The translations under genes were made by a program, and so were the position numbers. DNA of 63,773 nt, filler included, from Cercozoa sp. M6MM (lineage: Eukaryota > Protista > Endomyxa: Ascetosporea): the NCBI GenBank assembly GCA_040357565.1. It is 13 parts of 13 records of this genome, joined end to end, with 100 filler letters (N's around TTAATTAATTAA, not from the genome) between each part and the next. Parts side by side here need not be neighbours in the genome. Positions count along the whole stretch, not along the records: positions 37,051 to 40,872 come from JBDODJ010001299.1; positions 40,973 to 44,974 come from JBDODJ010001245.1; positions 45,075 to 51,470 come from JBDODJ010000745.1; positions 51,571 to 59,215 come from JBDODJ010000609.1; 9 more parts are not named here. One strand, given 5' to 3'. Positions 40,061 to 52,881 of this stretch are shown one piece after another. Within the stretch, counting starts at the first letter, position 1. Each line of letters starts with the position of its first letter. Below the pieces are notes generated by a model. The model was not told where the DNA came from, made no database searches, and saw only the letters and a list, made by a program, of their open reading frames with translations.

Positions 40061-40872
40061 GTGTATAGTATGTATTTGTGTACGTGTATTCTATGTACAT
40101 GCGCGACTGTGTCCAAGCGTATAAGTACCTGTGTGCTATCATCTGTGCGCTGTAGTCGTGTCGAGATGAGCATGTTCACGCATCGGCACTTGTTCTACAC
40201 GCGCGACTCGCCGGTCGAGATCGAGTTCTTCTTCCGGCACGGCGTGCTGAAGCGTAAAGGTCAGAGTGCCATGCGCATGCGTGCCATCTGCGATATTGTA
40301 GCCTCCTTTTCTCGCACCCTTAACAACAGTGACTGATTAAGGGGTGCTAAACTAATTAAGGGAGTGATGAGGACAGGAGATGTCGGGCAAACTGCTGACG
40401 CAGGTCAATGCCAGCATGTTCGACGGGCTGCCGCCGACGCCGATGCGACCAGAGGACGTGCGGCGTTTCTCGCTGCACTATGGCACGCTGCCAATGCACT
40501 GGCTGTCACCCGGTGCAGTCAAGGAGGCCGACATCGTTCGCGCGGACCAGTCGCACCTGGAGACTCTGCTGCGCCGGTGCGCGGCCTTTGTGCGACACGT
40601 GACACACGTGCAGCAGCAGCACCGTCTGCACGTGGCCTTTGACGTCGGCTCTGTGCTGACTGTGTCGCAGCGCACTCAGCGTCGCTTCGACTTTGTCGAC
40701 ACGACCAACGTATGCGACCACGTGGGCACACTGGCACTCGTGGCCGCCACGCAGTCACTCCTGCGCGACGGTGCACGCATGCTCGTGACCTCCTTCATGG
40801 TATGTGTGTGTAGTGTATTGTATATTGTGTATGTATGTATGTGTATGTATGTATGTGTATGTATGTATGTGT
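38589..40872 (+). CDS. DUF4470-domain protein, 3'-truncated
   Basis: FYYAVGNH, DVALLASGDVRNLLRAV, LNVLMNDISVSVTARNIALLALI and later FDFVDTTNVCDHVG match the recalled DUF4470 family pattern. Confidence 0.8.
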
Positions 40873-41286
40873 NNNNNNNNNNNNNNNNNNNNNNNNNNNN
40901 NNNNNNNNNNNNNNNNTTAATTAATTAANNNNNNNNNNNNNNNNNNNNNNNNNNNNNNNNNNNNNNNNNNNNATGCAACTGCCGTGCAGCAACACGTGGC
41001 GCAGTGTCTCAAGCAACTCTGCTGTCGCATCGAACACGACCTGCGCGCGCACATTCTAAACTCCGTGCGCGCCTCGGCTCCCTGCAGACGCTGCGCGCCT
41101 ACGTAGTGCTCGGAAAACACGCCGCAGCTTGCGTCGTTGCAAGTCTTTCGCAGGGCCATCACACTAAATGTAGGGTACGCCGGACAGAATAATTTATTAT
41201 GGACAAACCGTGGTCCATCGATTTACAGGGGCCTTTATGAATTGATTTTCGTGCTGCGCGACTGTAAGGCCTAAAGAATAGCACGA

Positions 41287-42368
41287 ATGCAGATAAATCT
41301 GTGCATAACGTCTGGAGAACAACTTCGTTTTGGAATCGAGGCCACAGAGGCTCAAGATATGGTGGAGCTGCAAGAGACAGCTCTCGGAAGGCCCTGGAGT
41401 ACTGTATTTAGCGAAGAAGAGTCGAAAGCAACTGCCGAAGCTTACTCGTGGTCTATTCCTCTAGCCCTCGACGAACTTGCGACTTCAGGCTTCCGCCTTG
41501 ACACTCTTTCGATGCACGACTTCCTTCTTGTTGGTTGCTACCTCGTCGCGCTGCCGCCAACGAACCACAACTTTCTTGATGAAGCGATAGCAGCTGCGAG
41601 TACTGCATTTTCCCTTCTCAGGTGGAAGGAACTCTATGCAATTGCCAGCGACGTTACGGTGAAGTCTCTTCCTGCGGGTGGAGTCAAGTGTTCGCGCGGC
41701 GCTAGTCGTTCATTTACCCAACTTCTTCAATGCAAATAGGTGACTCAAAAACAAGCAGTCGAAAATTATCGCTTTCTTCTGATTCGAACTTCGCAGGTGA
41801 TTCATAAACTTGAAACCGTTGGCAAGTACCGTCAAGCAAAAGAAGATCTGCCTGTGCGCTGTGCCTTCTGCGCGACTTCGCGTGTTGGCCTTGCTCCTGC
41901 TGCTCAGCAAGTCAAAGAACCTTGGCGAAGCACGGATTCAGGAGCTCGAAACGAAAGTCGCGCAGGAGCTCGTTTTACTACACAATGTAAACATGTCCTT
42001 TCTCAAAGCCGAAGCGCGCGGTCGAAGGCTTCGCACTTTTTGCCTGCGCCGTCGGTGCGGGTGCATACATGTACCGAGTGCACGTAGAGCACCTCACTCA
42101 GGTATGTCTTGCCTCTTATATCAATTACAGGTGTGTTGCTTGTTCAGTTTCTGTTTGTTTTCTGCGCTAATGCAGGTGCAGCGGCGGCAGATGCAGGTGC
42201 AGGTGCAGCGCGAGAGAATGCAGCTCGAATTTGAGCAACGGCAGATGCAGCGAACTTGAGCAACAGCAGATGCAGGTGCAGCTCGAATTCAGCGCTATCG
42301 TGAGCTGCCCCTCTACCGTCTTTCTTGTACTGCACATCTGTTAAGTTCGATTCGTCGGACATCTTGAG
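41287..42368 (+). pseudogene. Orphan gene or remnant ending in a hydrophobic segment plus Met/Gln-rich repeats
   Basis: ORF 41287-41739, then frame-shifting segments including FALFACAVGAGAYMY and QVQRRQMQVQVQRERMQLEFEQRQMQ. Confidence 0.3.
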
Positions 42369-42592
42369 TTTCTAGTTTTCTAACTTCTTAACTTCTTCGT
42401 AAATTAATAGTAAGAGTTTCTAGTTTTCTAACTTCTTAACTCTTGCCCCGTCATTAAACAACGCAATTCAATTAACGCCGACGGGAAACAAAAGGCGGCG
42501 GAGGCCTTACCCGTACGTTACGATATTCAAATGAACAAAACCCAAGCACTCATCGACCGAAACCGCGAGATTAGTGAGCCAGTCGCATGAAG

Positions 42593-42630
42593 TGGCCGGA
42601 TGGAAAATACCGTTTCGTAACTTCTATCTA
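42593..42630 (-). repeat. Dispersed repeat family B, copy 2
   Basis: 28/29 nt identical to 7410-7438. Confidence 0.85.
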
Positions 42631-42727
42631 CTAGATCAAACTACTAGGTGTCGCTTTGTGGGTTCAGTTAACCGATCGAAAACAAAGATCAAGCTAAAGA
42701 CAGGTGGTTGTCAAAGGTGGCGTCTTT

Positions 42728-43831
42728 TCAGTTCGTCGCCGGCGTCGCACCTTGGACGCTTTCGGCCAATTCGTCGCTCAACTCGCGCACTTCTCTGGAC
42801 ACGCATGGGGTCAAGGTGTACGGGGGGGGGGGGACAACACAAACGATCTACCGCATCAACTCGGCGATCTCGCTATCGGCTGTGAGTTCTTCCTGTCTCA
42901 GGGGGGGGGGGGGGGGAAGAGGTGGGGGGAAATGGAGGCGGGGGGGGGGGGGGGTAAGCTCACCTGTCGCAACGCCTTGGCAGAAGGAAGCAGCGTCAGC
43001 CAGGCCTGTCGAAACACGGGAGGGGGACAGGGGGTAGGGGTAGGTGTGAGGGGGTGCAAATGTACTTGAAATGGTCGATCTCGAAGTCGCACGTCGTGTG
43101 TCGCCTGGTGCCTGACTAGCTCGCGTTGCAGACTCACTGGGAGGGAAGGGGGGAGGTAAAGGGTGAGGCGGGAGAAGGGATGAAGGGGGGAGGGTAAAAT
43201 ACAAACAGCGTGCAACTTGAGCTTTTCGGCGTCAGCGACGCGTCGCAGCAGCTGCGCCGACTCACGGAACAGTGCGGCGTGCTCCTCGTTTTTCTGCATT
43301 TTTCGGAAACGTCAAAAATACAGAGACAAATACAGGAAAGTGCGACCTCTGCCACTTCGCTAAAGCGTCGAATCAGCACATCGAAATCGCTGGCTATTCG
43401 TTTAAAGTACTTGGTCGCCTCCTGAGGAGATACAATCAATTATGAGGGCGCAGAAACAGAAGAAAACACGAAAACACGGTGAATCGAGACAACCGAAGGC
43501 ATAAGTACATCGATCAGTTTGCCAAAAATGTCCTCATCGTTGTCTTGCACATACTCAACAAAGCCACTGCGCACACACAAACCCACACTTACCCAGTCCT
43601 TTGATACTGTCGGCAGTTGTTCCAGTTAGCCCCAGACAAACACCTGAAACAGTCGGTGCACGGCTGCGCGTTCCTCCTGCAGCACCTGTGCTGCCTGCAG
43701 CAACGCCGACACCGGTGCCTACATACCCCGCCTGGGCTGATGCCAGAACAGAAAAAAACAGGACGATTGTGTCGCACCTCTCTCGCAAGCTGTGAAGGCG
43801 TCACTCTAACCTCTGTGCCGCTGTCTGACAT
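42728..43831 (-). CDS. REX1-B DNA-repair domain protein (REX1BD/C19orf60-like)
   Basis: Spliced LLQAAQVLQEERAAVHRLFQ.GFVEYV...EATKYFKRIASDF...LLRRVADAEKLKLHA...LQ...SEIAELMREVREL follows the recalled REX1B pattern (LQEER...F..GF..Y...EKEKL). Confidence 0.65.
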
Positions 43832-43930
43832 CAGTGATCTCTGCACGCACAATAACGTCCGGTAAAGCGGGTCTCTGACCCGATGGCCACTTTTCATTTT
43901 TAGTTAACGGTGCGGCAACTAAAGGTAGTT

Positions 43931-44974
43931 TTAGGCGACCTGGATCTTGTGCATGGTGGCTTTGACGGTATCGACCACCTCGCGCAAGTCCTCATCGATC
44001 CCGACGCGCGCCAGGAAGTCCTCTAAGCAAGCTCGCGGCATGGCTACACACGGACAGGGACAAGGAAAAGCGTACCACTCGGCGGCGTGTAGGACGTGTC
44101 CGTGGCCATCTGGGGAGTGGGGAGGGGGGGGGGGGGGGTAACAGGGTAGGGGTGGGGTCTAAGAGGTAAACATACGTCGTCCTCCTCGTCAGGTTGCCGC
44201 ATGACGAGATCAACATTGTAGCCATGCACCAGCACCTGCGGGATGCGGCCCTTGAGTAGCGAGTCGGCGATCCACGAGTCCTCAATGTCCGTCAGTTCCT
44301 CCTGCAGCTGCTCTCTGCCACAAGGAGGTACAGAGTTAAGCATGAGGTGGGGCGGGAGGGTTGGGTAGGTGGTGTCCCGAGGGTGTAAAACTACAGCATG
44401 TCGATCTTGCGCTGCACGTTGTCGCAAGCCTCCTCAGTTTGCAGCAACTGCAGTCGCTGCCGCAGGATGCGACGCAGACCCGGCAGCACCGCCTATTTTC
44501 ACCAGGGAGTAAAAGAGGTAGGGAGGGGGTAGACCATACCACACGCTCGTGTGCATGCATCTGTCGGGCAGCCTGTCGGGGGGGGGGGGGGGTGGCGGGG
44601 GTGCCGACGGTGAAGAGGGTAAAGAGGGGGGTAAAGAGGGGGGGTAAAGAGGGGGTAAAGAGGGGGGTTAAACGCACTCGCAGTGCAGCGTCGGCGTGCT
44701 GCAGATCGTACTGCCGCAACTCCTCCTCCGGCTCGTCCGGATCCGGAAAACGAGTCTTGGGCCACATCGACTCCGAGTCCAGCAACAGCACTGGGAGGGG
44801 GGGCGGGGGTTAAAAGGTTAGATGGGTTAAAAGGTCAGAGGGGGTTAAGGGTTAGAGGGGGTAAGAGAGGTAGGTAGGAGAGTAAAGCTACACAGCATGC
44901 AGGACGAAATAGGAAGCGGCGAATGCGTGATGGCGCCGGTTTCCACCTGCTCGCGCGCTGTCTCTCTCTGCACG
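43931..44974 (-). CDS. Hypothetical protein, 3' part; weak resemblance to mitochondrial uL24
   Basis: Exons splice cleanly to ...KATMHKIQVA*. TGAITHSPLPISSCMLLLD and TDTSYTP...LEDFLARVGI loosely recall uL24m segments. The gene is solid; the identity is weak. Confidence 0.55.
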
Positions 44975-45074
44975 NNNNNNNNNNNNNNNNNNNNNNNNNN
45001 NNNNNNNNNNNNNNNNNNTTAATTAATTAANNNNNNNNNNNNNNNNNNNNNNNNNNNNNNNNNNNNNNNNNNNN

Positions 45075-45126
<52 letters not shown>

Positions 45127-46172
45127 ACATACACACACATACACACAGTGAGTGTACACGCACACACACACACACACATACACACACAGTGAGTGTACAC
45201 GCACACAAAGTTTGTCTTGCATCGTAGGAAACAAAACCAACCAGCTCAGGCGCAATTTCAGCCGGCATCGTGAGCCATCGGAGCTGGCTCTTGCCCTGAG
45301 ATATTTCCAACATACACCCCCCCCCCCTTCTACTGGGGCGTCGGAATACCGTATCGATATCGAAAAGCGCCATTTCAAACAATGCGAAACGTCCAGTGCG
45401 TCGCGGAAGTTGATTAAACTCGGGGTCGCTCTTGGATTCGAACCTGTTCATGCCAGGTCAACGTACAAATATGTACGTAGACAAGCCACTTATGTATGCT
45501 GATGGAAAGAATATCTACCCATCACTCTCGCAGTGCGGATCGAAATGTTCCTTCAGGTATGCGGCGACTTGCTCGTGCGAGGTCACTGTGTGTAACATAT
45601 CGTCGGGCTACAAACAAATAGAAGAACACGAACATTGACTTACAGTGCTCGGGAATCACGACCGGCTCGGGCAGCAGCCGGTGCTCTGCTTGCACATACG
45701 CGTATGGTTGCAATCCTTCCATTTGATTCCATGTCAAGAAAAGACTAAAGTACGGTCGGCGCAGGTGTACAACTCGCGCAGTTCGTGTCCAATGCCGAGG
45801 GGTCGTTGCGTCCTGCACACCCGCGTCAGTACACTCGATACAAGCAAGACAGGGACAGCAGAAAATCAACTGACCTCGGGAGCTTGGCCATGCCAACTTG
45901 GAACAGTGCATTGTTCATATACACCGACGTGTACACTCGGCGGAAGCTCGTCTTGGCACCTGCAGTTACACACATTGCACTCGCTCTGTGTTGTTTTACA
46001 CAGGTCATCGTGGGGGTAGGACCTTTGAGTGAACGCATGGGGACCAAGCCAACACGCGGTCGCAAAGGGTCCATGGCATGACCGGTCAGCACGTCCCGCA
46101 CCGCCAGTGCTGTAGTCAGATGCACAGACGTGTGTAAGTGTGTACACAGTGTATGCGTGTGTGTATGTGTGT

Positions 46173-46224
<52 letters not shown>

Positions 46225-48114
46225 TGTGTGTACCAAGCTCGTTGCCGATGAGGTAGGAACGACGGAAGTTGCGCGGCAGATCCTCGCACCCAGCCGGCGG
46301 AGTGCGGCCTACCATCAGGAGGAGGAGAGGTAAAGTTGAGTTTAGAACCAAAAGATAAAGTAGCAAGCACCGTCGCCAAGACCCTCACAGCCAGGTTTTT
46401 CCGAGTCCCAGATGACGCCCCACGGCACAACTAAACACGTAGGCACAATGCATATTTCCCACCACCAATAAAATCTGTCCACAAAGATAATGTACTGAGG
46501 TTGCCGATGGCGCCATTGACGAACAGACACCTGTGTGTGTGAACGTGTGTGTGCATGTGTGTGTGTGTGTGTGTGCGTGTGTGTGTGTGTGCGTGTGAGT
46601 GCAATGTATATCTGTATCTGTAGCAGAAAGCAAGGAGAAGGTACTCCTGGGCGCCTGTCAGTCGCAGACAAGAGCGCTCAAAGTCGCCAACAAAGTCGCC
46701 CGTAATGTGCGCGTTACGGGTCACACAGTCGTCGCCTTCCTGTTGTGTGCGCACAATGGTAACATAACATACTTTGCAACAGCACAAAAATGCACGCGTG
46801 TTACAGGAGGTGGGCAGGGTAGGCGGGCTCCCAAAGTAACCTCCGGGTGCATGCTCCACTGCGCCAGCACGGCAAGCGGCGTCTCAGTTCGCGGCGACAC
46901 AGGCTTCAACTCCATAACCGTCAGTTTCGGGTCCAAGACCTGAGTACACAGGTGCAACGAACAATAATGTGCACCCCAGGGACAACGCAAGCCGAATAGT
47001 CAGAGTAGAGTCAAAAAACAATACATGAGGGTCGCGTTTGTCGCCTTGACCAAAGTAGTGCAGCACACTGCCGACACTCAGCGACACCGCTTGCATCTAC
47101 AAATCACACGCAGTGGTGTATGACAGGGGCAAGGGTCAGGGTAAGGGGAAGCTCTAGGGTACTTGGGAGCAAGCCTCACGAGTCGCGTCGACGAGTTGCT
47201 TGAAGTGGTCTACAGCATCAGGTAAATCGAATAGAGTAAAAGTAGGGCGAACACAGAGGTCGAATACCACGCAGATAGGACCGGTTGACGCCCATGCTGG
47301 TCTCGGGACCATCTACAGACCAAGAAGTTACTACACAGAGACGAGGGTAGGACACAGGCTACGATGGTTGTGCGACGCCGAGACCAGGAAGCGTGGTGTC
47401 ACGTCTTCACCCTGTCAGCACAGAGGATGCAAATTCGGTCCTCTCAATGTGCAGGACAAGTGTCGTTGTGGAGGGGGACGGGTACCAGGCACTCATGTAA
47501 CAGCTCTGTCACCGGCGCTTCGTAGAATTTCTGCAGGTCGGGTTTCATGTACCTACACACGTGCGTACACAGTAGGTATATCAACATGTAATGGAGGACA
47601 ATAAAACTACATGTAGACATTGGAGGTGACAATGACAAACACGTCATCCTTGTGGCCGCGTCTCAGAAGCAGCACTTGGGCACGTACGTCGTCGCGCACA
47701 TACCTGATCGGCACACACGTACGTAGCACGTTTGTTGTGTCGTTACACAGGACAGGAACAGACAGAATGTGTACTTGGCACTGCGTGCACCATTTCCGAT
47801 GCCAACGATACCCTGCCAAAGCAATTCCGGGTGATCCAAAAGAGCTCAAAGGTTCGGTGCCATTACATGGTCAAAGCCGTCAACGGGAACGCCAACTGTT
47901 GTCTCGTCTGTCGGTGGCGGAATCGGCAAAAAGTAATCCCTCTTGCCATCGATCGGCTGCAGAATACAAGAGCTCACAAAAAATGGCACACCAAAGTGAC
48001 ACACAGATCCAAGATCGCGAAAACCGGCACAAGGCTGCGCGAGGCCACGCCGGCGTGCCACTGCAGGGCTCGCGCAGCGTGCAGCAGCACAGCTAGCAAG
48101 AAAAGCGCCTGCAT
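45075..48114 (-). CDS. Secreted neutral/alkaline-ceramidase-like metallohydrolase, bacterial type, 3'-truncated
   Basis: Signal peptide MQALFLLAVLLHAARA; WHAGVASRSLVP, YVRDDVRAQVLLL, VSASHNHHGPET, DKRDPHVLDPKLTVM, LAQWSMHPEVTL, ITGDFVG, LFVNGAIGN, WLTMPAEIAPEL. Confidence 0.75.
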
Positions 48115-48584
48115 CAGTCTTTAAACTCTGTAGACAACATCTGCTGAAGTATGACAGTCAGTGACAAGCGGTGCCCATCAGCGATCGAATCGTATCGATA
48201 TCACCTTCAACCGGTTCCAACAGTACTATTCCACTCTGCAAACACAGCGCAGGCCAAGCGAGGTTCTCGACCTTAACAGAACACTTCCGACTGACACTAA
48301 CGTATGGTATGTCTTTCGGGTATAAATAATCTAATTAACTCGAAAATTCACCACTTTCCTTAGCAACCCACGCAGTGCCACCCACAAGGAGCGACACTAC
48401 GCTCGCGCAATCAGATCATCAATAACTCCGGCAAAAAAAGCCACAAGAGAAACCGACAAACCGATGCCTTGCGAGCACGCACTTGCGTGCATGCGCACAA
48501 AGAGGCGGTCGGGAGCAGGGAGCATAGCGAGTCGTCAAGTCACACAGACAGTCAGCAGTTCAGTCGATCGACGTGGAGGAACGT

Positions 48585-50331
48585 TTAGAAGGCGCACTTC
48601 TGCTCGAGGTACATGTTGTTCTCAGCCGGGAGCGACAGGCAGGCGCGAAGGATGTTCTCGATGCACTGACGCTGCTTGAACAGCGCGTTGATCACCGGGT
48701 GGCCCTTCGGCACCTGTGGACACACAAACAAAACATTGTCCAGTAGAGACGTCATTTAACGACGGTCGTGTCGTGGTGGTTGGTGAGTGGGGTTCGCGTA
48801 CCTTGGGCGCCTTCAGCAGGTACGACAGCACCGTCAGAATCGAGTGCATCTTGACGAAGTCATCCTGCGCCTCGGTCTTGTACGTGATGCGCTGGAACAG
48901 CTCCGTCAGCACGACGAGATCGATGATGAGCGGCGTGGCGAGCAGCGAGTCCTCGCACGTGTTGTGCATCACGATCGTGTTCTTGCCGCCCATGAAGATC
49001 TCGGACGTGTACTCATCCATGGCGCGCTTCGAGTCGCCCACGTACGGCACGTACTTGATCACAACGACGTGGTCCGGGTGCTCGCCCGGCGCGTACAGGA
49101 TCTCGTTCGACTCGACCATGTCATCGACGACGTTCGACTTGGAGATCTCCTTGGAGCGGAACGTCTTCGGCGCCGACAGGTTGCAGCCGTCGTTGTTGCC
49201 TACACACGCACACGCCCAAATAAGCAAGGTTGAAACTCTCTCAACGTGAGTGAGTCAAAGTACCGAGGTGGTTGTACGACACGATCGACGTCGGCTTGAG
49301 ACCGGCCGACACGAGGAAGTCGACGAGAACCGACTTCATCTTGGTCTGACCCGACTTGAAGTCGTCACCGCCAATGAAGACGCCGTACTTCTCGGCCATG
49401 GCCTCGATGGCCGGCACGAACGTGTTCTGCGGCGAGCCGTTGATGTAGGCGCAGCCCTCGAGGATCGAGGCCACGGCGAACACCTGCGACGGGGCGATCT
49501 CGGCGTGACCGGCCGAGATGGCGGCCATGAGGTTCTCCTCCGTGTCGTGAACACCGTCCTGCACGTCGGCGAAGCGCTCCGTGTTGGCCGTCCACAGCAC
49601 GATAACCTTGTCGAGGCCGTTGGCCTCCTTGAAGTCACGGATGTCCTTGCGGATCTGCTCGACGTGCGCGTCGCACGCCTTGTCACCCTCGATCACGTTG
49701 TCGGCACGGTCCGTCTGGTTGGCGGCAATGAAGTCCGGGTAGTAGATCGACGGCAGCGGCACCATCTTCGACATCTCCTCGCGCAGCTGACGCTTCAAGT
49801 CGACTTCGAGCACCTCAGCGCGGTCCAGGGCGTCGCCGAGGTTCATCGAGCTGATGTCCCAGCCACCGACGACGATGTCGTTCGGGTTCACCATCGGCAG
49901 CACGTCCTTCATCGGCACGTACACCTCCTGGCCCTTGGCGTCCTGGCCGATGCGGACCGTCGAGGCCTGCGTCACCGAGCCGTAGTAGTTCGACTTGACC
50001 TTGCCCTCACGGGTCTCCCACTCAATGCCGGCCTGCAACCAGATGATAACACTTACTCAGTCAATGCAACGCGATGCACAGAGGAAACAAAAGGTACGCG
50101 GTTGGCGATGATGCCAGCCGTCACGGTCGAGCCGTTGTTGCCGCCGAGACCGACGAGCATGACACCGACCTTGGGCACGGCGAGCTCCGTCTTGAACTGG
50201 AAGCCGACCGACTTGGGCGTCACGGCGATCGAGCCGTCCTCCTTCTTCTCAACGAGGGTCGTGTCGTACGAGTACGAGGCAACGATGGCCTCCTCCGTGT
50301 ACTGCACCTTGTCCGAGTTGACGCGAATCAT
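48585..50331 (-). CDS. INO1: Myo-inositol-1-phosphate synthase
   Basis: 4 exons; [69 protein letters not shown]. Strong C/G-ending codon bias. Confidence 0.98.
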
Positions 50332-51067
50332 CTTGTCTTGCTTGTGTTTGTGTGTCTTGCTTGCTTGCTATGCTCCTTTAGTTTATGAGCGAATGGTGTT
50401 GGCAGCCAGTCTCAAAGACTCGTGTCTACTCACAAAAACAGCGCACATCAGATCAGAATTGGAGGGAAAAATGATCACACACAAAATGACATCACAGGAC
50501 ACAGAACAACAAAAAATAGCGAGAGTAAACAGCTGCTCCGCCGCCTCTCACAGAGCATGCAGCATTACAAGCACCTGCACTACGTTCCTGGGGTGACTAG
50601 ACTCACATAGAGGGCGCAAGTCAACAAGCCCAGAAACGCAATGCCGCACTCTGATGCGACCCGTTCGGGCACTCACAGGCCTCGGATAAGCCTATAGACA
50701 ACGTTACCATTCAGCTGGCACAAAAGAAAGTGGTGTTTGGCGTCTGCGGTCGAGAAGGATCGAAATAGCCAACGATCCCACGCGAGCAGCAAAAACGATC
50801 ATCAAAACACAGGGCAGACCCGTTTTCCTCACAGCGCGCTCTTGTTTCGGCGCTTTTGCTTCTACCCGGCACATTTAAAGCGTATTAATCTGTGTCTGAG
50901 CAGCAATAAACCTCGATATTCTGCTGATGAGGAAACACAAGCAAGATTTTAAAAAGTATAAAAAGTTTGCGTCGCACTACTATACTTGCGATTAATTGTA
51001 GTTGTGTGCTACTACTCTCGAAATTACGTTTGAGTGGTTTTAGACCCAGTTTTAAGCAAATTTATTG

Positions 51068-51428
51068 ATGTTGACGCGCTGCTCGACCGCGGCTGTTAAG
51101 TAGGACGTTTTTGTGTTCGTCGAAGTGTGTTTGTGGTCTATCATGCGAGGCAGATTGAATTTCTCACTTCTTCCTCCTCCTCGGGGGGTCGTTTCTGGCG
51201 CGAAGCGTGGTAAGAAAACCCGTACGCGTGTGGGGTGTACTGTGTTGGGGACGCCAGACCTATTTCCTCAGATGCTGCACCACCATTGATTTTGGTACAC
51301 GGACTGCTCGGCTCTCGTACGAACTGGCGCACGTTCGGTCGGCGGCCAGAGTTTGGTGGCGAGCGCCAGGTTTACTCCGTCGATATGCGCAACCACGGCG
51401 ATTGTACCTGCTCAATCATGTTGAATGT

Positions 51429-51470
<42 letters not shown>
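51068..51470 (+). CDS. ABHD11/YbfF-like alpha/beta-hydrolase, 5' part
   Basis: Spliced MLTRCSTAAVK|LNFSLL...|DAAPPLILVHGLLGSRTNWRTF...VYSVDMRNHGD. Confidence 0.85.
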
Positions 51471-51570
51471 NNNNNNNNNNNNNNNNNNNNNNNNNNNNNN
51501 NNNNNNNNNNNNNNTTAATTAATTAANNNNNNNNNNNNNNNNNNNNNNNNNNNNNNNNNNNNNNNNNNNN

Positions 51571-51624
<54 letters not shown>

Positions 51625-51649
51625 CGCACACACACACGATGTGTTGCAG

Positions 51650-52333
51650 GACGGACATGCCGTCGGAGGTGTCGCTCCCCTTGTCAAATGGACAACGCGA
51701 ACTGCACCAGCGTGACACGCTGACTCTCTTGCTCAGCACAGGTATCAACTGTATGAGTACCGGCTTTGTACTTACATTTGTATTGTGGGTGCAGGAAAGG
51801 AACTGGAGCTCGAGTTCTTTTTGCTGTGCGACTTGCTTATTGCCGCTTGTCCTGGCAGCAAGAAGCTAAAAGTACCTTCTTCAATCATACAGACAAGCAA
51901 TGCATGTTGGTGTAAGTGATTGTTCTGTTGACATAGGTGCATTATGCGTTGCCGCTGGAAAGGGCAACCGAAGTTCGCTTGGTAATTACGACTTTTTCCA
52001 GCGCAGATATTAGTCTACCGGCATTGGACGGGTGTCTAGGTGCCCAAGTTTGTGGACCTGAGGCCAGCTTTTGAGCTGCGTGTTTCATGTACGACTGCTC
52101 TTGCTGAGGACACCTCTACCCAAGACGCAGGCGTGCCTTCTGGTATCTTTGTTTGTGTTAAACTCGCCGATAAATAACAACTAACGTGGGATTCATGTAT
52201 CGCAGGCAGTGGTTCGGTCGAGTCGTTTGTGTGTGTGGCAAAGAATGCTGCCCAGCGTGACACATGGGTGCAGCTGCTTTCTGTACGCATAACTGCGTGC
52301 GCCTAGGCGTTTCCCGGTCCTGAGTTGGCTTAA
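51650..52333 (+). CDS. C-terminal PH-domain-like fragment (possibly from a DH-PH RhoGEF)
   Basis: Exons RELHQRDTLTL, ELEFFLLCDLLIAAC, HYALPL, AFELRV, FVCVAKNAAQRDTWVQLL (terminal helix with Trp). Confidence 0.55.
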
Positions 52334-52881
52334 GCTTGGCTTGCCGGTGTCTGCGTTGATCTGGCCGGGGCCTATCATCGCATGAGTGACCATAGATTCA
52401 CGGCACTGCCAAGTGACATATTATTGATGCTTAAACGAAACTGATGCCTCGCTTAGTCTGGCACAGTACAGATCGGATAGGGGGTAGCTCCCAAGCGAGC
52501 CGGCCTAAAAGGAGGCGCTGAGCGCGGATTTAGATCTTCAAAGGCACAATGGAAGGAGATCGAGGAACTGAACTGAAAAAGGAACCTGACGGAATCAACG
52601 TAACGAACGAACAACGCAACGCAAACTTGAGCTGAAAAGAAAATGGCGCCGGCGCGACAGGAAACTTAGTCGAGCCATGTCACTGTAGACGCGAAATAAG
52701 ACGAGAACTCGGACTCAGACTCACTGGCCATGGTTGAGACAAAAGAAAGCACACTCGCGGCACTGCAGTGAAACGCGTCTGCAATGCAGACTTGAACACG
52801 GCACTTGAAGACTGCCGGTGAACTCAAGCCTCACGCGAAAAGAGAGGTAGAGCGGACGATGTCATCTGATGATCTGATGCG

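Noticed and set aside
45430-45446. tRNA B-box-like GGTTCGAATCC on the minus strand
   Set aside because: Lies in a ceramidase exon (NRFESK); no cloverleaf or A-box.
49250-50596. Long antisense ORFs (448 aa here; also 29359-30345, 59472-60896, 27992-28777)
   Set aside because: Shadows of strongly GC3-biased real genes on the opposite strand.
50918-50950. Hammerhead-like CTGATGAGGAAAC, and CTGA...GAAA in family A
   Set aside because: No room for stem II here, and family A lacks the CTGANGA core.
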